A stretch of DNA of 64,000 nt. Origin: an uncultured Methanosarcinales archaeon (lineage in GTDB: Archaea > Nanobdellota > Nanobdellia > Woesearchaeales > UBA10216). The translations under genes were made by a program, and so were the position numbers. Position 1 is the first letter of the stretch. Each line of letters starts with the position of its first letter. This document shows, piece by piece, positions 57,627-64,000 of the stretch. The stretch is from the NCBI GenBank assembly GCA_964504135.1, contig CAZDCW010000003.1, positions 427 to 64,426 on the forward strand. Reading direction: 5' to 3'. Under the pieces are notes generated by a model. It did no database searches and had not been told where the DNA came from. It saw only the letters and a program-made list of their open reading frames with translations.

Positions 57627-58595
57627 ATGCTAAGGGATGAGGTTCTTAAGCTGGATCCCGGCAGGGTAGCCCTCTGGGATTTTCTCAGGTCAGGGAGCCT
57701 TGAGCGGGGCGATACTATTAGGATTGGCGGCGCATCTTACTCGATGTTAACTGGAGGGTCTGCCAGTTGTGGGCTTGGCACTGCTAACCTTTTCCTCTAT
57801 CATTCGCCTGACATCAACCGTAATTACAGCACTTTGGATGAGGTGGTTAGGGACCCTGCGCTTCTTGACGCGTTGGACCCTGACCCTGATAAGCCTAGCA
57901 TCCGCAATCGGGTTGCCATTACCTACAATTACTGGCATGCCTTCTTTGATGCGGTTAAAGGGCTTCCTGGGGGGTTTTCAGCAGTGGAGCTGGACAGGCT
58001 TCAGTCAGCCGGTTACATGGTGCCTTTTTTGCAGCAGCTGGCCCTTTCAGGCCGCATGGGCACGCCTGAGCTTGAGGCCAGGCAGGGCGTGTGGCCGCTG
58101 GCGTATCATTCGCACAGCTCTGATTCAATAATTTTTTCCCCTCGCTACTCCTCGCTTGTTCAATTATACGCTGGCCAGAGGACTGTCTCTGACATCCATG
58201 GCCTCAGCAGGATTATTTTTGGCAGCAGTGATGCCGAGCAGTGGAGGAGGCTTTATGTCAGGAATCACCAGGAGTTTATGGCTTACCTTGGCGTTGGCTG
58301 CCTGGATGCTGCGCCTGGGCCGCGGCTTTTTAGTGGGGGCTGCCTTCCGGGCATGGCCTTTTTTGCAGCCATCACAGCCATAGGCATAGCGGCCAGCAGC
58401 GGTTTTCTGCTTGGCAGGGGTCCGGCTGCGCCAGCAGCAACGCCTGTTCCGGTTGCCGAGGAGCCTGCTGCCACACCGGCCGCAGTAATCCCCCCGACTA
58501 CTCTAACCCCCACTCTCTATATTCCAAGTGTGCTTAATGGCACATCGTCAGGCACGGCTTATGTTCCGGTGATAGTCAGCGGAAGGCCTGACTGA
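57627..58595 (+). CDS. paralog 1 of an unrecognised single-TM membrane protein family (MLRDEV...ALWDFL N-domain, Pro/Thr-rich C-tail)
   Basis: The N-terminal block MLRDEVLKLDPGRVALWDFLRS is shared with the ORFs at 58623 and 60667. It is followed by a soluble domain of about 250 aa, one TM helix, and a PT-rich tail with an NGT sequon. The track ORF begins 38 codons upstream, at 57513. Confidence 0.5.
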   Translation: MLRDEVLKLDPGRVALWDFLRSGSLERGDTIRIGGASYSMLTGGSASCGLGTANLFLYHSPDINRNYSTLDEVVRDPALLDALDPDPDKPSIRNRVAITYNYWHAFFDAVKGLPGGFSAVELDRLQSAGYMVPFLQQLALSGRMGTPELEARQGVWPLAYHSHSSDSIIFSPRYSSLVQLYAGQRTVSDIHGLSRIIFGSSDAEQWRRLYVRNHQEFMAYLGVGCLDAAPGPRLFSGGCLPGMAFFAAITAIGIAASSGFLLGRGPAAPAATPVPVAEEPAATPAAVIPPTTLTPTLYIPSVLNGTSSGTAYVPVIVSGRPD

Positions 58596-58622
58596 AAAAT
58601 CAGCATTAGTAGCCATTATCTA

Positions 58623-59831
58623 ATGGTTACAAACACAAGTTTTTTAAAAGCTCATGACTTCCCTGGGCTGATGCTAAGGAATGAAGTAAGTGCAAAGCTG
58701 GATGATGCCAGGCTCGGACTCTGGGATTTTCTCACGTCGGCTGGCCCTGACAGACCTCTGGCTGGACTTACCATTTCTGTAGGCGGCATCAACTATAAAA
58801 TTGACCCTGCAGCAGCTGGAGGTATGGACCCTTTACATGCTTCTCTGTTCCTTACTAGCCCTAAAGGAGACCACAGGTATGAGGGCTTGGATGATCTGAT
58901 TTTTGATATGGGTGGTTTTGAAGTTGGGGATAAGCCTGATGAACAGGCGCCCCTTCTCCGCCGCCTTGAGGCAACTAGGTGGTTCTGGGGCAGCTTTAGT
59001 GTCGCAGTGGCAAACCTGCCAAATGAATTTCCTCCGGGTACGGTAGACAGCCTTCACTCAGGGCATTACCTTAAGCCTTTCCTGCAGCAGTTGACTGCGG
59101 AGAATCACATCAGGAGGGCGCTTGACTCTAATCGCGGCAGAACTCCATTGGAGTACGCATGGCACAGCATTGGTTCATTTGATTCGCCTTCTTCGATAAC
59201 TTTTACACAGTCAAACAGGGATCAGCTTGTTATAGAAAGCATCCATGGCCTTACAGGGATAAGGTTTAAGGATGCCGGCGCTGAGGCGCTGAGGCGCCAT
59301 TACCTCAGAATCCATACGGATTTCATGAACTACCTTGGGGTTCCATGCGTTGCTGCTCCGAGGGATATTGGCGGAATTCTGGAATCTGGTTTGGCTGCCG
59401 CTCTCCGAATGCAACATAAGCCCCGCCCAGTGGAGCCTTTTCTTGCTGCCTTTCTTATAGGGGTGGTTGGCTATGCGTCATATGCCTGTCTCCCCCAGCC
59501 TCCTTCAGGCTCTTCGCTTGCCGCAGCCACGCCTACTCCGGCAGTCTCAGCCACGCCTATGGCTGCAACACAGGTAGCCGCTTCAACCCCGGTGCCTGTT
59601 TCAACGCCTCAGGCTGTTGCTCCTCTGGTTCCCGGGGTTCTTGGAAGGGATTATCATCTCGGCCTTCCGGTGGTTCCTTATGGAGAGCAAACCAGCCGCA
59701 GGTATTCAGTGAATGCGCCAATAGTCCCGAGTGGAAATCTGCCTGGGCTCCCGACGCCTGCTGCTTCGCCGGCTCCGAGGGCTGGGCAAGGCTTTCTGCC
59801 TGTTGTGCCGGCAAGCTACACTTCAAAGTGA
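58623..59831 (+). CDS. paralog 2 of the same family
   Basis: MLRNEVSAKLDDARLGLWDFLTS, conserved internal blocks (YLKPFLQQL; HGLTGIRF...RRHYL..H.DFMNYLGV.C), a TM helix, and a P/T/A-rich tail. The start may be the internal Met at 58671. Confidence 0.5.
   Translation: MVTNTSFLKAHDFPGLMLRNEVSAKLDDARLGLWDFLTSAGPDRPLAGLTISVGGINYKIDPAAAGGMDPLHASLFLTSPKGDHRYEGLDDLIFDMGGFEVGDKPDEQAPLLRRLEATRWFWGSFSVAVANLPNEFPPGTVDSLHSGHYLKPFLQQLTAENHIRRALDSNRGRTPLEYAWHSIGSFDSPSSITFTQSNRDQLVIESIHGLTGIRFKDAGAEALRRHYLRIHTDFMNYLGVPCVAAPRDIGGILESGLAAALRMQHKPRPVEPFLAAFLIGVVGYASYACLPQPPSGSSLAAATPTPAVSATPMAATQVAASTPVPVSTPQAVAPLVPGVLGRDYHLGLPVVPYGEQTSRRYSVNAPIVPSGNLPGLPTPAASPAPRAGQGFLPVVPASYTSK
59494..59831 (+). repeat. about 338-bp segment duplicated nearly identically at 61466..61803 (3' ends of paralogs 2 and 3)
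   Basis: Nucleotide identity runs from the cccagcctccttcaggctc block to the stop codon, with 3 substitutions near the 5' edge. The flanks diverge immediately after the stop. Confidence 0.85.
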
Positions 59832-60054
59832 GCTTAGAACCGGCTTCGCGTGGTTATAGCAAATCACGTTAATAATCGGAACTTTGTTCCGCTCAAATAA
59901 GTGATTTGCTTATTAGTAAATAACCTTGCAATACTTTTTTAATATACGAAAATTAAGGTTATTTACTATAGTTGGCGGAATCCAACTTGGTGAAGTTTGA
60001 TTTCCACGCAACGCGTCGCAAAAGTTTTTTAAATCCTGCGACATTCGCCTTTGG

Positions 60055-60573
60055 GTGAATAATGCAGGAAAATTTTTTCTCGGCACAGTTGCCGTTGCTT
60101 ATGCCGTGCTTAACATCATGTGCGGGATTGAGGTGGTTAGTCTTAGGCGTGAGGTTGATGCGCAGAGGGCGTCTTCAGCCACAAATGCACAGGTTAAAAA
60201 TTTGTCCGATTACGTATCAGGCTTGCCCGGCAGGCTATCAGATTCCGAGAGGGCAGCAGTTGAAAGAGAAACAAGAATCCGGGATTATCTTTCAGGCCGC
60301 ATTGAAGGCCTGAGCACTAGGGTTGACGGACTCGAAAGATGGAAGAGTGCCACTGAATATGGCGCGAACAAGGTTGAAACACTGTGGAATCTCAGGGATG
60401 TACAGCGCGGGCAGATTGAAGATTTGAGGCGCGATCTTGCTGCAGTGAGGAGTTTATACAATGCGCAGGGAAGTAAGAATGAGTCGTTTTACAACAGTAT
60501 AACTAATTTGGAGAGGAAGCTTGCAGAACTCTCAGGAATTCCCAATCCCGACCCTGAAGTGCAGGGCAGGTAG
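60055..60573 (+). CDS. N-terminally membrane-anchored coiled-coil protein
   Basis: 172 aa with a TM helix at residues about 8-28 and then heptad-like charged repeats. Confidence 0.4.
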   Translation: MNNAGKFFLGTVAVAYAVLNIMCGIEVVSLRREVDAQRASSATNAQVKNLSDYVSGLPGRLSDSERAAVERETRIRDYLSGRIEGLSTRVDGLERWKSATEYGANKVETLWNLRDVQRGQIEDLRRDLAAVRSLYNAQGSKNESFYNSITNLERKLAELSGIPNPDPEVQGR

Positions 60574-60666
60574 TCCTGCTTTAACATGCATTTTCACTGA
60601 TTTTTTCCTGGAAAACCGCAAAGCAAAAGCAAAACCTTTTTACAACGAATCAGATTCCTCATTTTA

Positions 60667-61803
60667 ATGCTAAGGGATGAAGTTGTTGGAAAGCTGGATC
60701 CCTCCAAGGTTGCCCTGTGGGGTTTTCTTCGCTCTATTGGACCTGGCGAGCCATTGTCAGGCGAGGCTGTTAACAGGAGTATTAATGTCAGGGGCGTAGA
60801 TTACATGATAGAATCCGCCAGTGGAAGGTCCTTGGACATCGGCTCGGCTGGCATCTCTTTGCATAATTCTGCGGGGCATGCCCTCAACTATGATACGCTG
60901 GATGCGGTTATGGAGGATTATGAGCTCACTGCTTCATTTGGGAATCAGGACGCGCAGCAGACGGCAGCCCTTCTCAGCCGCATGGAGCAGACTTTGCTAT
61001 TCTGGAAGGCTTTTGCTTCTGAACTGAGGGAGATGCCCGCAAAGTTTTCTGCGGCTGAATTGGACGGCCTTCATTCCAGGCGTTATATGGCTGCGTTCAG
61101 GCAGCAGCTTATACCTTCAGGAAGAGTTATCAGGAAGGGTTCGCTTGATGCCAAGCAGGATAGACAGCCGCTGGAATACTGTTGGGATACGTATGATTCT
61201 ATAACCTTTGTAAGGCCAGGCTCTCCGGGTGATCATAATGCGCAGATTGTGGTGGAAGGTGTCCACGCTCTGCGCGGGATTATTTTTAACGATCCGCAGG
61301 CAGAGGATTTAAGGCGTCTTTATGTGGCAAATCATATTGACCTGATGGCCTATCTTGGCGTGAAATGTGCAGTCGGTGCCAGGCAGCCTGGCAGCCTCTT
61401 TCGGTATGCCTTGGCTGCCGGGGGGCTCGTTGTCCTGCTGGGTTACAGTTCCCTGACCTTCCTCACCCAGCCTCCTTCAGGCTCCTCGTTTGCCGCAGCC
61501 ACGCCTACTCCGGCAGTCTCAGCCACGCCTATGGCTGCAACACAGGTAGCCGCTTCAACCCCGGTGCCTGTTTCAACGCCTCAGGCTGTTGCTCCTCTGG
61601 TTCCCGGGGTTCTTGGAAGGGATTATCATCTCGGCCTTCCGGTGGTTCCTTATGGAGAGCAAACCAGCCGCAGGTATTCAGTGAATGCGCCAATAGTCCC
61701 GAGTGGAAATCTGCCTGGGCTCCCGACGCCTGCTGCTTCGCCGGCTCCGAGGGCTGGGCAAGGCTTTCTGCCTGTTGTGCCGGCAAGCTACACTTCAAAG
61801 TGA
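60667..61803 (+). CDS. paralog 3 of the same family
   Basis: MLRDEVVGKLDPSKVALWGFLRS. The C-terminal roughly 112 aa are identical to those of paralog 2. Confidence 0.5.
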   Translation: MLRDEVVGKLDPSKVALWGFLRSIGPGEPLSGEAVNRSINVRGVDYMIESASGRSLDIGSAGISLHNSAGHALNYDTLDAVMEDYELTASFGNQDAQQTAALLSRMEQTLLFWKAFASELREMPAKFSAAELDGLHSRRYMAAFRQQLIPSGRVIRKGSLDAKQDRQPLEYCWDTYDSITFVRPGSPGDHNAQIVVEGVHALRGIIFNDPQAEDLRRLYVANHIDLMAYLGVKCAVGARQPGSLFRYALAAGGLVVLLGYSSLTFLTQPPSGSSFAAATPTPAVSATPMAATQVAASTPVPVSTPQAVAPLVPGVLGRDYHLGLPVVPYGEQTSRRYSVNAPIVPSGNLPGLPTPAASPAPRAGQGFLPVVPASYTSK

Positions 61804-61860
61804 AATGGCGCATTATATAATCCTTAAAGTCAGTTTTTTATGCTGTGGCCGCTTACATGA

Positions 61861-62727
61861 TTGTTGATGGGCAGGTTTTTTTCAGCAGTGCTTGGGCTTT
61901 CGGCTGCACTGGCCGTTGGCGCTGTTCTGTATAATTCAGATGTTGACAGGAGGAATTATCGCAGGGAGTTCATGGATGCAGCGGCAGGCCATGCCTCTGT
62001 CCTGTCCTCAAACGATTCTGCCTTGCAGAGTGATATTTCCGCAATTGCAAAGGAGGTCAGGCAGCTTAGGTCTTCCACAGAGCTTCAGTTAAGTTCGATT
62101 CAGGGGGTTTACACCAGCATTTCAAGGCGGCTTGAGAATGTTGAGTCAGGCGTTGTGTCTGTCGGGAAGGATACCTCTGCGATGAGGACCTCAGTCTCCG
62201 GCTCTTCAGAGGAGGTTGTGCTCAGGAATAACCAGATTCTTGCCGAGTTCAGGGACTTGCGCAAGGACTATGCCCTCATTATTGAGCTGCTGAATTCCAG
62301 CCCGCAGGGTCCTTTGTTTCATCCGCAGTACGGCTGGCTGGGAAGTAAGGAAAATTTTGGCAGCGCGGTTCCGGATTACTGGACAACCGACAGGTCTGTT
62401 CTGCTGCGCTTTGCACCTCAGATTAGGGCTTCCATTTCGGCGCCCCTTTCAGAGGTTTACCAGGACAGACCCCAGTACTCCTTTCTTGTGGCCAGGAATG
62501 CGGTTGGAAGCCTTGATGAGGCCATTGACGGCCTGGACAGTAATGGCGAGTTCATGGACCGCGCCTCTACGCTGCTTGTTTATTCAGTCCAGCCTGCCGG
62601 AGCCAGCCGTCAGTTGTATCAGTTGTCTTTGGTTCTTGCAAACACAGAAAGCCATCCTCTTGGCGCCCTGAGAAGCATCCCGATTTCAGGCCAGTTGGCC
62701 GGGGAATTGGCAAAGCCTTCGTCTTAG
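61861..62727 (+). CDS. N-terminally membrane-anchored coiled-coil protein with C-terminal globular domain
   Basis: 288 aa with a TM helix at residues 6-24, a coiled-coil region, and a C-terminal domain of about 130 aa. Confidence 0.4.
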   Translation: MLMGRFFSAVLGLSAALAVGAVLYNSDVDRRNYRREFMDAAAGHASVLSSNDSALQSDISAIAKEVRQLRSSTELQLSSIQGVYTSISRRLENVESGVVSVGKDTSAMRTSVSGSSEEVVLRNNQILAEFRDLRKDYALIIELLNSSPQGPLFHPQYGWLGSKENFGSAVPDYWTTDRSVLLRFAPQIRASISAPLSEVYQDRPQYSFLVARNAVGSLDEAIDGLDSNGEFMDRASTLLVYSVQPAGASRQLYQLSLVLANTESHPLGALRSIPISGQLAGELAKPSS

Positions 62728-62870
62728 CATGATGACGAATTCCAAACAGTAAGTTTATATAAATCCTTATAATTGTAATTATTTCATAATGGTGACATTG
62801 CAATAAACTTTTTATATTAGCCCGGTTTCAGGCAGCAGACTGATGTTTAACAACCTTAGGGGGTGTAGCT

Positions 62871-63650
62871 ATGACAAATAGTCCAAATGCTTCTAGACGG
62901 GATTTTGTGAGGGGAGGAGGCCTTGCAGGGCTTGCTGCTGCACTTCACCCGGGTGTATTGGCTTCTGCATTAACAGGCCCTTCAGCAGGTTCGTCAGCCC
63001 TGTCAGCTTCCTCTGGGACTGTGGGCCCATTAGAGCGTTTTCTGGCCTATAGGTCTTTGTCTTATCCTCAGCCAGATACCAAGCGTCCGGATTATGTTGT
63101 TCCGAAGGGTGCTTCAGCAGCCCCTGGTCTGTACATAGTTCAGGCTCCTCTGTTTGAAGGTTCTAAACATTCTGCTCAGGAAAGTCAAAGGAGGCCCTGG
63201 AGCACTCAGAATGGTTGGCTTGATACGAGGACGATAAAGCAAGTTCTGCAGCAGTACGGTGCGGTTTTGGACCTAGAACAACTAAAGGCTGAAATTGGAG
63301 CTTTATTGACTGTAGAACTTGCCGACAGGCTGTATGTGTCTGAAATACGTGCCTTAACCGAGTTTGCCAGCAATTCTCATCGCGATTTGGGAGTAGCGAC
63401 CAATGCTGCTGAAAAGCACTGGGAATTTAATGGCGCGGCGTTTGACGGCGTGCTTGGCCCTGGTAATTATGAGGCTGTTGTGTTGCAGGGTTACGTTGAC
63501 GGACCGTATTGTTTTGTCAAGATTAAGGCCGAGGCTCCTGGCTCTTCATTGGGCGGAGTTGCATATGCCTTTGCAATGACCCGTCCAGTGGCTCTTGAGT
63601 TGCAGGATAGGGTTAACCAGGTTAGAAGGCAGTATGATCTGCCTCGCTGA
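62871..63650 (+). CDS. Tat-signal secreted protein, unknown function
   Basis: Twin-arginine motif SRRDFVRGGGLAGLAAAL in the first 30 residues. A strong SD (agggggtg) lies 6 nt upstream. Confidence 0.5.
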   Translation: MTNSPNASRRDFVRGGGLAGLAAALHPGVLASALTGPSAGSSALSASSGTVGPLERFLAYRSLSYPQPDTKRPDYVVPKGASAAPGLYIVQAPLFEGSKHSAQESQRRPWSTQNGWLDTRTIKQVLQQYGAVLDLEQLKAEIGALLTVELADRLYVSEIRALTEFASNSHRDLGVATNAAEKHWEFNGAAFDGVLGPGNYEAVVLQGYVDGPYCFVKIKAEAPGSSLGGVAYAFAMTRPVALELQDRVNQVRRQYDLPR

Positions 63651-63654
63651 AAAA

Positions 63655-64000
63655 TGGATTTTTCCAGGGCTTCAAGAATCTTGTTTGTTATTCTTGTAAA
63701 TTTCATGCTGCTTGCAACTCCTTTGGCTGTTGCTGATGACGAAGGCGGAGAGGACAGCGGTGGCGATGATGGCGGTGACTGGGGGGATGGTGGTGATGAA
63801 GATTCAGGTGATGTAGGCGATTACCCTGACCCTGATTATCCTGAGCCTGATACTCCTGTTCCTGATTATCCTGAGCCTGATACTCCTGTTCCTGATTATC
63901 CTGAGCCTGACACTCCTACTCCAGACGTCCCTGCCCCTGATACTCCTGTCCCGCCTCCAACCCCAACTCCAGTAACCCCCACTCCTCCAGGCCCTGAGCC
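63655..64000 (+). CDS. secreted acidic protein with Pro-rich tandem repeats (3' end truncated by the window)
   Basis: ATG at 63655. The signal peptide is FVILVNFMLLATPLAVA. Downstream are a D/E/G-rich block and PDYPEPDTPV repeats. It is not in the track because no stop falls before the window end. Confidence 0.45.
63831..63920 (+). repeat. 3 tandem copies of a 30-nt unit (cctgattatcctgagcctgatactcctgtt) inside the last CDS
   Basis: Two of the three copies are exact and one has three substitutions. They encode PDYPEPDTPV. Confidence 0.8.

Noticed and set aside
59557-59826. Identical 89/94-aa antisense ORFs at 59557..59826 and 61529..61813
   Set aside because: They are by-products of the duplicated 338-bp coding segment. 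They are antisense to the Pro/Thr-rich tails and are low-complexity.

Overview
This is an archaeal chromosomal segment of about 52% GC. It is densely coded, with short 4-nt ATGA-type gene overlaps, and genes on both strands. I can support about 70 protein genes, 2 intron-containing tRNAs, one degenerate tRNA-like element and two families of intergenic repeats. I saw no CRISPR array and no rRNA. The main blocks, in order, are:

- A glycan-synthesis cluster at 774-9661: flippase-like and Wzx proteins, two GT2 enzymes, a GT-C-like membrane protein, a DegT/RfbH-type aminotransferase, a methyltransferase and an epimerase.
- A replication/repair trio at 9665-14109: an AlkD-like glycosylase, family-B DNA polymerase PolB, and a PHP-domain EndoQ-like endonuclease.
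- A bacterial-type MetK at 16409-17593.
- A complete lysine biosynthesis operon of the LL-diaminopimelate type (dapF, lysA, dapL, asd, dapB, dapA, lysC). A small double LuxR-HTH protein and a 94-aa ORF sit inside it.
- A histidine kinase, a ZPR1 zinc-finger protein and a DEAD-box helicase.
- Two adjacent tRNAs, Asp-GUC and Lys-UUU, each carrying two introns, including one in the T-loop.
- The core transcription operon rpoH-rpoB2-rpoB1-rpoA1-rpoA2-rpl30e-nusA-rps12.
- An RHH antitoxin next to a PIN-like ORF.
- An N-glycosylation module: a 1157-aa AglB/STT3 oligosaccharyltransferase carrying a C-terminal FKBP-type PPIase domain, followed by a GT2 and a DUF2304 protein.
- A geranylgeranyl reductase.
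- A terminal cluster at 57.5-64 kb of three paralogous membrane proteins of an unrecognised family, interleaved with coiled-coil membrane proteins, a Tat-secreted protein and an acidic proline-repeat secreted protein.

The gene content suggests an uncultivated archaeon (DPANN-like or euryarchaeal): split RpoB and split RpoA, archaeal N-glycosylation, and tRNA introns at non-canonical positions. Everything was read by eye. All domain calls rest on recognisable motifs in the supplied translations, not on database searches.
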